NCBI GenBank assembly: GCA_016206155.1
Contig: JACQSC010000002.1
Location: 143,473-207,472 of the forward strand
Origin: Candidatus Uhrbacteria bacterium
GTDB taxonomy: Bacteria > Patescibacteriota > Patescibacteriia > JACQRZ01
Reading direction: 5' to 3'
Length of the DNA: 64,000 nucleotides
How positions within the stretch are numbered: the first letter of the stretch is position 1; every line of letters begins with the position of its first letter. The translations under genes were made by a program, and so were the position numbers. Positions 43,622 through 54,107 of the stretch are shown here, one piece after another. The notes beneath the pieces were generated by a model that saw only the letters and a program-made list of their open reading frames with translations, had not been told where the DNA came from and made no database searches.

Positions 43622-46600
43622 ATGGAGAAGGCTTTTGTTAATCTACACACCCATAGCCACTATAGCCTCCTTGATGGTCTTGCACGCATTGAGGGTCTTG
43701 TGCAACGCGCGTGCTCATTTCATATGCCAGCCGTAGCCCTGACCGATCATGGCGCGCTGTATGGCGCCATTGATTTTTATAAATCGTGTACCCGCTGTGG
43801 AATAAAGCCTATTATCGGCATTGAAACATATCTTACCCAAAAAAGCAGATTCGATCGAGGATCGCGGGAGGATGATCAGCGCAACCATCTGATTCTCCTT
43901 GCAAAAAACGAGCAGGGGTATCGGAATCTTATGAAGCTTGCGACGGCCGCTCATCTTGAGGGTTTTTACTATCGTCCGCGAATTGACTTTGATCTTCTCG
44001 GGCGCCATCACGAGGGGCTGATCGCAACATCGGCGTGTATCAATGGACCCTTGGGCGCAGCAATTCTGGAAGGAAGAGATGCGCGACCGCTGCTTCAGAG
44101 GTTCCTTGATGTATTCGAAGATGATTTTTATCTCGAATTACAGCACCACCCAAACATTCCTGAACAGGAGACGGTGAATCGGGGTTTGATTGCGCTTGCG
44201 CGTGGCGTCGGGGTTCCTCTTGTCGCAACGCTTGATTCGCATTATCTCACGCCAGATGACGCGGATGCGCATGATGTGTTGCTCTGCCTGCAGACAAAGA
44301 AAGAAAAGAGCGACAAGAATCGTATGTGCATGCTCGGCGAAGACTTTTCCTTTTCTGACGGTACGCGCTTGCGTGAAGCATTTGCCGATATTCCCGAATG
44401 CCTTGACAATACCCTTGCCATTGCTGACAAGTGCGATCTCATGATTAGCTTTGGAAAGACGATTTTGCCCCACTACGAACTTCCATGCGATGTGAGTCCC
44501 GAGTCTGCGCTGCACGGGCTTTGCGAGCGAGGATTGAAGAAGCGGTATGGCGATCATGTCACCGAACACATTCGTGAGCGCCTCGCCTACGAGCTTGAGA
44601 CCATCATTGCTGCGGGCTTTTCTTCATATATGCTTATTGTTCAGGATTTTGTAAACTGGGCAAAGGGGCGTGGCATTGTTGTCGGTCCAGGACGCGGGAG
44701 CGCGGCAGGCAGTATCGTTGCTTATGTACTTGGCATCACGAACGTTGATCCGCTCGTGTATAACCTCTATTTTGAGCGATTTTTAAATCCGGAGCGTGTA
44801 TCCATGCCGGATATTGATCTGGATTTTGCCGATTCCCGTCGCGACGAGGTGCTTGCGTATGCTGAAGAGAAGTACGGCAAGGATCATGTGGCGCAGATTA
44901 TTACCTTTGGAACAATGGCTGCGCGCGTTTCACTGCGCGATGTTGGCAGAGTGCTTGGCAAGCCCTATTCATTCTGTGACGCTCTTGCAAAAATGATTCC
45001 CCCGCATATGACGCTTGCCGAGAGCCAGGCTGCGGTTGCGGAATTGCGAAATTATGTTTCACAAAACAGTGACGCGCGGGAAGTGATGACCATCGCGCAA
45101 AAGTTGGAGGGTGTCGCACGCCACACATCAACGCATGCGTGCGCGGTAGTGATTACCCCCAAGCCCCTGACTGATTACATTCCATGCCAACACGCTTCCC
45201 CGGACGACAAACGGGTGGTGACACAGTACGAAATGCACGCCATCGATGAGTTGGGCCTTTTAAAAATCGATTTTCTCGGGCTTTCAAACCTTACCATCTT
45301 GGAGCACGCCAAAAAAATTGTTCATCGGACACGGAAAATTGACATTGATTATGATACACTTCCCCTTGATAACGATGCAACGTTTCGCCTGCTCCAGCAG
45401 GGAAGGACGACCGGTGTTTTTCAGCTTGAGAGCAGCGGCATGAAGCGTTACTTGAAGGCATTGCAGCCAACGGAGGTGGAGGATATCATTGCTATGGTTT
45501 CGCTGTACCGGCCCGGTCCCATGGATTTGATTCCTGAATACATTGCCGGAAAAAAAGGCATAAAGAAGCCAAAATATCTTCACCCGATACTTGAACCGAT
45601 TTTAGCAAAAACATATGGAATCGCGGTGTATCAGGAGCAAGTCATGCAGATGGCCCGAGACTGTGCCGGTTTTTCCTTGGGTGAAGCAGATGTATTGCGC
45701 AAAGCGGTCGCAAAAAAAATACCAAAATTACTCGCAGAACAAAAGGAGAAATTTATCGCAGGATGCATGCAGCGCGGCATGGCAAGGGAGCTCGGCCAGA
45801 AAATTTTTGAATTTATCGAACCATTTGCGGGGTATGGCTTCAATCGAAGCCATGGCACGTGTTACGCGCTCATTGCCTATCAGACGGCATACATGAAGGC
45901 GAATTTCCCCGCAGAATTTATGGCTGCCCTGCTTACGGCTGATCAGAACAATATGGATCGCATTGCCATTGAGATTGAGGAGTGCCGTCAAATGGGCATA
46001 ACAGTGTTACCGCCCGATATCAACGAGAGTTTCAAATCGTTTACGGTTGTCTATGATCCTTCCGGGAAGTCGGCTACAATTCGATTTGGCCTGTTGGCGA
46101 TTAAGAATGTCGGTGAGCATTGTGTGGACTCGCTTGGTGCGCAGCGGAAAGAAGGGGGGGGCTTTGCTTCGCTTCAGGATTTTCTCGAGCGTATGCCGTC
46201 AGGAGATATAAATCGCAAATCCCTGGAGAGTCTTATCCGGAGCGGTGCATTGGATCGATTTGGCGATCGCAATAGTATGATGTATAATATAGAGAGGTTG
46301 TTATCGTTTCATCGGGATGTGGTTGGCGCGCGAGTGAATCGTCAGGCGACGTTATTTGGGTTGCAGCCTCTTGCGGTTTCATTGACGCTTGAGGAAACTG
46401 AACCGCTTGACATGCACGTCAAGCTGACATGGGAGAAGGAACTGCTTGGACTCTATCTCAGCGCCCATCCGCTTCACGATATTCAACCGTTTTTTGCGAA
46501 TCATGTACGCACATGCGCAGATGTGAGAGCGCTTGCCGATGGAGAGGTTGTGAGGATCTGCGGCATTGTGTCGCAGACGAAAAAAATAGTTACGAAGAAG

Positions 46601-46837
46601 AATGAATCTATGCTTTTTGCCAGGCTGGAAGATCTCTCGGATTCGCTTGAGATTATTGTTTTTCCTTCTATCTGGAGAGAGAGTATGGCGGCATGGCAGA
46701 ATGAATCAATTCTTATCGTTGAGGGTCGTGTTTCATTGAAGGATGCGGAGACCAAGGTGATCTGTTCGCGCGCGCGCATTGTTGATTCGGCATTACTTGA
46801 TACGATGCGATCCCGCGAAGAGGTTGCAATAGTGTGA
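43622..46837 (+). CDS. dnaE: DNA polymerase III alpha subunit
   Basis: PHP domain (FVNLHTHSHYSLLDG), polymerase core (GRGSAAGS), and OB fold. The track ORF begins at GTG 43619. Confidence 0.9.
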   Translation: MEKAFVNLHTHSHYSLLDGLARIEGLVQRACSFHMPAVALTDHGALYGAIDFYKSCTRCGIKPIIGIETYLTQKSRFDRGSREDDQRNHLILLAKNEQGYRNLMKLATAAHLEGFYYRPRIDFDLLGRHHEGLIATSACINGPLGAAILEGRDARPLLQRFLDVFEDDFYLELQHHPNIPEQETVNRGLIALARGVGVPLVATLDSHYLTPDDADAHDVLLCLQTKKEKSDKNRMCMLGEDFSFSDGTRLREAFADIPECLDNTLAIADKCDLMISFGKTILPHYELPCDVSPESALHGLCERGLKKRYGDHVTEHIRERLAYELETIIAAGFSSYMLIVQDFVNWAKGRGIVVGPGRGSAAGSIVAYVLGITNVDPLVYNLYFERFLNPERVSMPDIDLDFADSRRDEVLAYAEEKYGKDHVAQIITFGTMAARVSLRDVGRVLGKPYSFCDALAKMIPPHMTLAESQAAVAELRNYVSQNSDAREVMTIAQKLEGVARHTSTHACAVVITPKPLTDYIPCQHASPDDKRVVTQYEMHAIDELGLLKIDFLGLSNLTILEHAKKIVHRTRKIDIDYDTLPLDNDATFRLLQQGRTTGVFQLESSGMKRYLKALQPTEVEDIIAMVSLYRPGPMDLIPEYIAGKKGIKKPKYLHPILEPILAKTYGIAVYQEQVMQMARDCAGFSLGEADVLRKAVAKKIPKLLAEQKEKFIAGCMQRGMARELGQKIFEFIEPFAGYGFNRSHGTCYALIAYQTAYMKANFPAEFMAALLTADQNNMDRIAIEIEECRQMGITVLPPDINESFKSFTVVYDPSGKSATIRFGLLAIKNVGEHCVDSLGAQRKEGGGFASLQDFLERMPSGDINRKSLESLIRSGALDRFGDRNSMMYNIERLLSFHRDVVGARVNRQATLFGLQPLAVSLTLEETEPLDMHVKLTWEKELLGLYLSAHPLHDIQPFFANHVRTCADVRALADGEVVRICGIVSQTKKIVTKKNESMLFARLEDLSDSLEIIVFPSIWRESMAAWQNESILIVEGRVSLKDAETKVICSRARIVDSALLDTMRSREEVAIV

Positions 46838-46939
46838 TATATACGACAGTCGTTCTATTTAGTCTGCGTAATTGTTAATCGGCAATATATGTTTTTTAAA
46901 CAATTTGTTCACAGGCGCCAGGCGGAAGGTCATCCGCGT

Positions 46940-48052
46940 ATGTACCGTTCGCTCGCGCTTTCTTTTTTTGGCGTTTCGGTCATTATTGCTATTATTGTTT
47001 TTTATGTTTCATTTTCATGGGCGACAATTCGGATATCGCCTCGAGTGAAGGCGTATCCCTACTCTGCCGTGCTTGTCGTGCAGGATGGAGCTGCGTCTGA
47101 GTCGGCGCTTTTTGGAAAAGTGCTCGAGCGGGAGCTCGAAGGATCGGGAACATTCACGCCCACCACAGCAGAGACGCGCGTAGGCCGCGCATCAGGCGTG
47201 ATCACTGTTGTCAATAAGACAAGCAGGACACAACCGCTTCGTGCCACGACACGGTTTTTGACCCCAGATCAAATACTCTTTCGCTCTGAGTCCGCGGTAA
47301 CGGTACCGGCCGGAGGTCAGATTGAGGTGCCTGTACAAGCTGACAAGGAAGGTGAACTTGGAAAGATTGACACATCGCGCTTTACGATACCTGGGCTTTG
47401 GGAGCAGACACAGTCGCTTATATACGGTGTCTCGTTTCGTGAAACAATCGGTGGCGCAACCGATGTTAAAAAAGTAACGAGTGCGGATCTTGAGCGCGCA
47501 GAGAAGGAGGTGCTCCGGAAGCTTGAAGAAAAATTTGCTCTCATGCTTGATGCTGAGAAGCCATCTTTTGTGGCGCCGAGTGTCGGATCAGTGTACCGCG
47601 CTGACGTTCTTACGCGAACCGCGAGTCATTCCGTTGGACAGGAAGCAGACGAGCTTTCTCTGCGCCTGAAGGTGCGATTTACCGCGGTACTCTTTGACGA
47701 GCAACAGATACTGCAGCGCCTCGCACAGCGCATGCGGGCGGAACTTTCGGCAGGATATGAGTTAATGCCAATTGGCGCCGATCGATATACAGGGACAATG
47801 AGCTCAGTCAATAAAGAGCAAAAAAGTGTTACGCTTCAGATGGACGTACAGGGATCAAAGCTGCGGACTGATGATATTCAACCCTATCATACGCGCGATC
47901 TTGCGGGCCTGAAAAAAGACGCCATCATTGAGTATTTTCGCGGATATGACGACATTAAGGATGTATCGGTTTCATTCTATCCCTTTTGGGTTACGCGCGC
48001 ACCCTTGCTGGTTGATCATATAAAGATCGTCGTCGATAAATCAGCGCAATAA
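46940..48052 (+). CDS. hypothetical membrane-anchored protein
   Basis: N-terminal TM segment (LALSFFGVSVIIAIIVFYVSF), then a soluble domain. M18 of the track ORF. Confidence 0.5.
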   Translation: MYRSLALSFFGVSVIIAIIVFYVSFSWATIRISPRVKAYPYSAVLVVQDGAASESALFGKVLERELEGSGTFTPTTAETRVGRASGVITVVNKTSRTQPLRATTRFLTPDQILFRSESAVTVPAGGQIEVPVQADKEGELGKIDTSRFTIPGLWEQTQSLIYGVSFRETIGGATDVKKVTSADLERAEKEVLRKLEEKFALMLDAEKPSFVAPSVGSVYRADVLTRTASHSVGQEADELSLRLKVRFTAVLFDEQQILQRLAQRMRAELSAGYELMPIGADRYTGTMSSVNKEQKSVTLQMDVQGSKLRTDDIQPYHTRDLAGLKKDAIIEYFRGYDDIKDVSVSFYPFWVTRAPLLVDHIKIVVDKSAQ

Positions 48053-48266
48053 ATCGACGCACGCAGTTGGCGCATTTCTTCGTTACCGCCTCCGTCTACT
48101 GGCCACCGTACCATCAAAGTACGCCTTACTCCGTTCCTCGGCGGTGCCTTGAACTGCATCCAACTGCCTGCGCCGTATGTTAATAACTGTACTATCATAG
48201 ATAGATGGGCCGTTGTTTTTTTTTATTGCCGCGCTATACTATGGCAATACTCTTAGAATATGTTTT

Positions 48267-50015
48267 ATGGAAGAATCTCTTGAAGGCATACGACATTCTC
48301 TTGCGCACTTGCTCGCCGCAGCCGTTCTCAAGCGCTACCCGGACGCAAAGCCGACTATCGGTCCCGCGATTGAAAACGGGTTTTATTATGATTTTGATTT
48401 CACAGAGAGTCCATCGGTCGATGATTTGCCAACTATTGAGGCGGAAATGAAAAAAATACTAAAGGGATGGCGGACGGTTGAATCGAGGAAGGTCTCTTCG
48501 GATGAGGCGCGGACGATATTTGCGGATAATAGGTACAAGCTTGAGTTGATCGATGACATTGTCAGCAGGGGCGAAGATATCACGCTCTATACATGGGGAG
48601 ACTTTCAGGATTTGTGTCGAGGGGGTCACGTTGTTGATGCGCAGAAGATTGATCCTGAATCGTTCAAGCTTGTGAAAGTGGCTGGCGCCTACTGGCGCGG
48701 TGATGAAAAGAATCCAATGCTCACGCGCATCTATGGTCTTGCATTTGCCACAAAGGAGGAGCTTGACGCGCATCTTATTATGCTTGAGGAGGCAGAAAAG
48801 CGCGATCACAGGAAGCTTGGTAAGGAGCTGGATTTGTTCACGTTTTCCGATCTTGTGGGACCGGGCCTACCGCTCTGGACTGCTCGAGGCACATTGCTCC
48901 GCAATCTTCTGGATGACTATATCTGGCAATTGCGAAAAAAGCGTGGATATGAGCAAGTCACGATTCCGCATATTACCAAGCGGGCACTCTATGAAACGAG
49001 CGGCCATTGGGAGAAGTTTCAAAACGATTTGTTCAAAGTAAGCACGCGCGAGGAGCACGAGTTTGCGATGAAGCCGATGAACTGTCCGCACCATACGCAG
49101 ATTTTTGCCAGAAAACCGCATAGTTATCGCGACATGCCCCAGCGGTATGCCGAGACAACCATGGTGTATCGTGATGAGCAGAGCGGGGAACTTCATGGTC
49201 TTTCTCGCGTGCTGTGCATTACCCAGGACGATGCCCACGTTTTTTGCCGTGGATCGCAGATAAAGGAAGAGGCGCTGAAAATTTGGGATATTATTGACAC
49301 ATTCTACACGACAGTAGGCTTTGGCGCGCTCCGTGCTCGGCTTTCACTCCACAACCCTGCCGAGATGGAAAAGTATCTTGGCTCCGAGGATATGTGGCTA
49401 ACAATTGAGGAGGAGTTACGCGCGCTTACTCGTGAGCGGGGCGCAACAGTAGTCGAAGCAATCGGTGAGGCGGCATTTTATGGACCAAAAATTGACTTTA
49501 TCGCAAAAGATTCCATTGGCCGTGAATGGCAAGTCGCCACGATCCAGCTTGACTTCAATATGCCGGAGCGCTTTGATCTTTGCTGCACCAATGAACAGGG
49601 TGAGCGCGAACGAATTTTTATGATTCATGCCGCGATCATGGGATCTATTGAACGCTTTCTTTCGATCTATATTGAACACTGCGCGGGCGTATTTCCACTG
49701 TGGCTTTCCCCGGTGCAGGTCGCAATTCTTTCCGTTGGGGAAGCCCACCATGAGGCGTCTGCAAAACTTGCCGGACAACTGAAAGAACAAGGAATTCGAG
49801 CAGAAGTTGACGAGTCAAGCGAGACTGTCGGTAAAAAAATCCGAAATGCCGAGAAGATGAAAATACCTTATATGCTCGTCATTGGCGACAAGGAGAATGA
49901 TCTCACGGTGCTTTCTGTAAGAAAACGGGGATCCAAAGATACGGTGGAGCACGCCACCAACGAATTTATTACAACAGTCAGGAACCTTATTCAAGAGCGT
50001 TCGCATGAGCTTTAG
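48267..50015 (+). CDS. thrS: threonine--tRNA ligase (N-terminally short form, about 582 aa)
   Basis: Starts directly in the N2/editing-like region (RHSLAHLLAAAV). Class II core and anticodon-binding domain present. No N-terminal TGS-like domain. Confidence 0.9.
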   Translation: MEESLEGIRHSLAHLLAAAVLKRYPDAKPTIGPAIENGFYYDFDFTESPSVDDLPTIEAEMKKILKGWRTVESRKVSSDEARTIFADNRYKLELIDDIVSRGEDITLYTWGDFQDLCRGGHVVDAQKIDPESFKLVKVAGAYWRGDEKNPMLTRIYGLAFATKEELDAHLIMLEEAEKRDHRKLGKELDLFTFSDLVGPGLPLWTARGTLLRNLLDDYIWQLRKKRGYEQVTIPHITKRALYETSGHWEKFQNDLFKVSTREEHEFAMKPMNCPHHTQIFARKPHSYRDMPQRYAETTMVYRDEQSGELHGLSRVLCITQDDAHVFCRGSQIKEEALKIWDIIDTFYTTVGFGALRARLSLHNPAEMEKYLGSEDMWLTIEEELRALTRERGATVVEAIGEAAFYGPKIDFIAKDSIGREWQVATIQLDFNMPERFDLCCTNEQGERERIFMIHAAIMGSIERFLSIYIEHCAGVFPLWLSPVQVAILSVGEAHHEASAKLAGQLKEQGIRAEVDESSETVGKKIRNAEKMKIPYMLVIGDKENDLTVLSVRKRGSKDTVEHATNEFITTVRNLIQERSHEL

Positions 50016-50017
50016 GC

Positions 50018-51361
50018 ATGGCTGGCTATTTTAAAATCACCACCTTTGGATGCCAAATGAACAAGTCGGATTCCGAGCGATTGAGTTCAATTTTGACACG
50101 AAGCGGTCTTGTATGCACGGATGATGATGAACGGGCAGATGTGTTGATCTATAACACCTGCGCCGTGCGCCAAAAAGCAGAGGATCGCGTATACGGTATT
50201 CATCGCACGTTACAGACACTAAAAGAAAATAATCCCAATCTCATCGTCGCAATCACCGGCTGTATGGCGGGACGCGACCACGATGGTAAGATTAGACAGC
50301 GTCTATCGGCAGTTGATCTGTTTTTTCCAACCGAGGAGATGATCCATCTTCCGCGAGCTTTGAGCGGTCTGAATCCATCACTGATTGATCCGTCCGGGGT
50401 GGGAGATGAGTATGATCATTATCTGAAAATTGCACCATCGTATTTGAATACATTTCAGGCGTATCTTGCGATTAGCAATGGGTGCAATAAATTTTGTACA
50501 TACTGTGTGGTGCCGTATGCCCGCGGTCGTCAAAAAGATCGGCCGCTTGTTGATGTGCTTGCAGAGGCGCGCAATCTTGCCAGTTCTGGTGTCTTTGAGA
50601 TAACGCTTCTCGGGCAGTGCGTTAATTTGTATAATCCGCCCGACAAGGAACATTTTTCAAAAGATAATTCCTTTGATAATTCAAAAAATGGCTTCGCGGC
50701 GCTCATGTGGGAGATAAATCAGATTGCAGGAATAGAGAGGATTCATTTTACCGCTCCGCACCCGCAGTATATGGATGAGCAGACCGTCGCGGCCCTTACC
50801 ATGCCAAAAAATATCAATTATCTTCATCTGCCCGTGCAGGCAGGAAGTAATGTGGTATTGAAGCGCATGAATCGTCATTATACGCGAGAGTATTACATTG
50901 ATAAAATTCAAGAGATCAGAGCGTCAAAGCCTGGCATCGCAATCGGCACCGATATTATTGTCGGTTTCTGTGGTGAAACTGAGGGAGATTTTGAACAGAC
51001 AATGGATTTGTATCGGGAGTGCGATTTTGACATCGCATACACCGCGCAATATTCAGTTCGTTCCGGTACCGCCGGTGCGCGAATGTATAAAGACGATGTT
51101 CCACGTCAGGAGAAGAAGCGGCGATGGAATGTGTTGCAGAAGTTGATGGAGGAAACTGCGCTTCGCAAGAATCAAGCATATGTCGGCCGTACAGTATCGG
51201 TTTTGGTTGAGTCGTGCGAAAAAGATCTCTGCAGTGGCAACTCACGTGAGATGAAACGCGTGCTCTTTCGAGGCGATGAATCGCTTGTCGGTACAATACA
51301 AAACGTCACCATTGACCGCGCTGTTGAATGGATATTATATGGAAGCAGAATCAAGAATTAA
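50018..51361 (+). CDS. miaB: tRNA methylthiotransferase (MiaB/RimO radical-SAM family)
   Basis: MTTase N-terminal domain (GCQMN), radical SAM CNKFCTYCVVP, and a TRAM domain. Confidence 0.85.
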   Translation: MAGYFKITTFGCQMNKSDSERLSSILTRSGLVCTDDDERADVLIYNTCAVRQKAEDRVYGIHRTLQTLKENNPNLIVAITGCMAGRDHDGKIRQRLSAVDLFFPTEEMIHLPRALSGLNPSLIDPSGVGDEYDHYLKIAPSYLNTFQAYLAISNGCNKFCTYCVVPYARGRQKDRPLVDVLAEARNLASSGVFEITLLGQCVNLYNPPDKEHFSKDNSFDNSKNGFAALMWEINQIAGIERIHFTAPHPQYMDEQTVAALTMPKNINYLHLPVQAGSNVVLKRMNRHYTREYYIDKIQEIRASKPGIAIGTDIIVGFCGETEGDFEQTMDLYRECDFDIAYTAQYSVRSGTAGARMYKDDVPRQEKKRRWNVLQKLMEETALRKNQAYVGRTVSVLVESCEKDLCSGNSREMKRVLFRGDESLVGTIQNVTIDRAVEWILYGSRIKN

Positions 51362-52361
51362 GAATCAAGAATTAAGAATTGAGACACCTGTGATAGCGAT
51401 CATTGGGCCGACGTCATCGGGGAAGTCGGATCTCGCTATTAAACTTGCAAAAAAGTTTAACGGCGTGATTATTTCTGCTGACTCACGCCAGATATACAGG
51501 GGGCTCGATATATGTACTGGAAAAATCACAAAGAAGGAGCAGAAAATGGTTAAACACCATTGCCTTGATATTGTCGCGCCGCCAAAGCGGTGGAGGGGCG
51601 GTGTACAGCCCTTTACGCTTGCAGATTATAGAACATGCGCTGATCGCGCGATTCAGGACATTCGCAGCAGGGGGCATGTGCCATTTATTGTCGGCGGCAC
51701 CCATCTGTATGTTCGGGCGGTTCTCTACGATTATGATATTCCGAGTGTACCACCCAACCATGAATACAGAATGAGGCTGGAGAAAAAGTCACTTGCCGCG
51801 CTCCAGCGACAATTATACAAAATTGATCCTGCGATGCGGGTATGGAAAGATCGCGATAATAAACGGCGTGTTTTGCGTGCGCTGGAAATTTATCGTGCAA
51901 CAAAGAGGAAGCCGTCGTTGGTGTATTCAAACCCTACGCTTCGTCCACGATACAACGCGCTTCAACTTTGCGTTGACGTTCCGCGAGAGACGCTTTATAA
52001 ACGAATTGACAAGCGGGTTGATGATCGGATAAAAGGGGGGATGATTCGTGAGGTGGAGCGACTGCGAGAAAGGGGTGTGTCCAAACAATGGCTCAGGAGC
52101 TTAGGTCTTGAGTGTCGATTTATTTCAAACTATCTTGATGGAAAAAAAACAAAAAAACGGAAGGATGATATGATCGAGCGGCTCAAATTTGCCATTCATC
52201 ACTATGCGCGTCGCCAACTCACCTGGTATCGAAAGCAAAATGACATTACATACGTAACGTCATATTCGTCTGCTCAAAACAATATTAAGCTGTTTCTCAC
52301 ATCAATAGGGACTGGATCCCCCAGGCCTAAAGGCCGGGCAAGCTACCCTTCGGCGGGATGA
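51339..52361 (+). CDS. miaA: tRNA dimethylallyltransferase
   Basis: P-loop IAIIGPTSSGKSDLAIKLA...ISADSRQIYRGLDICTGKI. Overlaps miaB by 23 nt. The overlap contains a 14-nt tandem repeat. Confidence 0.85.
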   Translation: MEAESRIKNQELRIETPVIAIIGPTSSGKSDLAIKLAKKFNGVIISADSRQIYRGLDICTGKITKKEQKMVKHHCLDIVAPPKRWRGGVQPFTLADYRTCADRAIQDIRSRGHVPFIVGGTHLYVRAVLYDYDIPSVPPNHEYRMRLEKKSLAALQRQLYKIDPAMRVWKDRDNKRRVLRALEIYRATKRKPSLVYSNPTLRPRYNALQLCVDVPRETLYKRIDKRVDDRIKGGMIREVERLRERGVSKQWLRSLGLECRFISNYLDGKKTKKRKDDMIERLKFAIHHYARRQLTWYRKQNDITYVTSYSSAQNNIKLFLTSIGTGSPRPKGRASYPSAG

Positions 52362-52368
52362 CAGCTGA

Positions 52369-54033
52369 TCAAATGACTTCCGCTTGATAGCACTCAACGC
52401 AATACACGATCTCCGGGCGGTTGGGTGCGAATGTCGTACGAATATCCTTAGAACACTTTACACACGAACGCTCAAAGAGCTTCATCGGTCCACGTCGCTT
52501 AATCCTATCAACATGTCGGCAGCTAAAGCATTGCCGAGGAATTGGAAGCGACATATTTTGATAAAATGCCAATTCTTTCGGTGTAATCTTATAATTTCGC
52601 TTGCAGTCAAGGCATGCAAGGACATCCTTCGTGATTGTACTGGTAACCTGCACGATGTGGTCGGGGATAGATTCGGGAGCAAGCGTTTCTGCACCCACTG
52701 TCATCGGTAGCTTATCCTGCCATCGATACCCTTGAGCAAGCGCTTCCTCCTTGGTCAGGGGCATGTAGTCCTGCGCCACGGCTTCATTGTAGGAAAAAGG
52801 TGCAATAACGGGCGGAAAAAACAATCCATACTCACCGTCACGTTTCAACTCATCAATGATTTTCTCGCGAAGTGCGTGATACTCTTTTTCACTGTACTCT
52901 CTGTTAAGAATACAGTATTTTCCCTTCTTTAGTCCGTCACAGCCAAAGCAGTATTCAGACGCATGGGTAAAAAAACAATACTCGCAATCATGGCCATTCT
53001 CTACCCAATACGATCCGATGACACGATTGGCATATCCGGTAGCTGCGCAGTCAAGAAGCAGTTCGCTTCCATATCCATAGCCAAGCGTATCGTAGGAATC
53101 CTTGATATTCTTGGACGCGAACATGTACTTGCAGTTCTCTCCTTCGGTAATCTCATAACAATCGCGCAGGGCCGTTGATGAGAAGAGGTAATCGCCGGTG
53201 CAGTCCTCTGACTTCATGTTGTTATTTTCTCGATGAGGAAATTGAAGGGCAAATTCCTCAAATTTTTTCCGCATTTCATTCAACTTCTGACAGCTTCCCT
53301 TAACTTCAGCAAGGCGCTTCTCATATTCATTCTTTGTCAGCTCCTCATTAAACCAGTGATAGCTCTTGTGGCGGAGGTTGACACAGCCAAAGCAGTTGAT
53401 GCAGTCAGTACAGCTTAACAAGAACCACGAATCAACGCAGTTGGTCACATTATGTCCAAATATAACGCCCGATGACTGATGAACATTCACTGCTTCATAG
53501 CAGCGCTCCATATCAATGCCAAAATATGCGTCAACCGTATCGCGACAGCGCATCAAGCCGCGAGAGTACATCGTATCCTCACAATAACTCGTATTGAAGA
53601 GGAGGTAACAATTTTTGTTATTCGCGGCGGTATTGGTGTAGTCGCTATTTATATTATTGCTGCCGCCGGTAATGCCCAACGCTTTTTTGGGGACACGTTT
53701 TAAGAGTTCGTCCATCTGTTCAAAGAATGGCCGATGAGAGTCATACGGGGTCCCATATTGAAAAGCATCCCAGTCGTCGGCATCAAAGCAGTCAAGACAG
53801 TAGACTGTATAGGGCGACTCCTCGTGGTAGACAGAGATAATGCTCTTCTTGCACTTATCGCATGGGCGGCTATAGAGAATCCGCTCATTACGAAACTGCG
53901 CCCTGCGCTTAAAGCGGCAGTCAGGACACAACCGCGGTACGGGAACGCTCATTTTTTCGTAAAACTCAAGGTCCTCCGGTTCAATTGAGTATAACCTGTT
54001 ACAATTTTTGCATGTCATTTGCTGAGCTGTCAT
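52369..54033 (-). CDS. cysteine-rich protein with paired zinc-ribbon modules at both termini and Cys-repeat core (554 aa)
   Basis: N-terminus CKNC-x23-CPDC and CDKC-x17-CLDC. C-terminus CLDC-x23-CFSC and CVKC-x17-CVEC. The core has repeated C..C..C..C blocks (SCTDCINCFGC, DCEYCFF...YCFGCDG). Roughly 55 Cys in total. Confidence 0.7.
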   Translation of the reverse strand: MTAQQMTCKNCNRLYSIEPEDLEFYEKMSVPVPRLCPDCRFKRRAQFRNERILYSRPCDKCKKSIISVYHEESPYTVYCLDCFDADDWDAFQYGTPYDSHRPFFEQMDELLKRVPKKALGITGGSNNINSDYTNTAANNKNCYLLFNTSYCEDTMYSRGLMRCRDTVDAYFGIDMERCYEAVNVHQSSGVIFGHNVTNCVDSWFLLSCTDCINCFGCVNLRHKSYHWFNEELTKNEYEKRLAEVKGSCQKLNEMRKKFEEFALQFPHRENNNMKSEDCTGDYLFSSTALRDCYEITEGENCKYMFASKNIKDSYDTLGYGYGSELLLDCAATGYANRVIGSYWVENGHDCEYCFFTHASEYCFGCDGLKKGKYCILNREYSEKEYHALREKIIDELKRDGEYGLFFPPVIAPFSYNEAVAQDYMPLTKEEALAQGYRWQDKLPMTVGAETLAPESIPDHIVQVTSTITKDVLACLDCKRNYKITPKELAFYQNMSLPIPRQCFSCRHVDRIKRRGPMKLFERSCVKCSKDIRTTFAPNRPEIVYCVECYQAEVI

Positions 54034-54107
54034 AGAGACTGGATCCCGTCCGGAGTTTACCCCGAGTACTCCCGAGGGGCCGGGATGACAAATAAGGGCG
54101 TTGAAAA

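Noticed and set aside
48053-48266. T-box riboswitch upstream of thrS
   Set aside because: No match to the T-box consensus (AAUUAGGGUGGUACCGCG) on either strand. Kept only as a low-confidence structured-leader finding.
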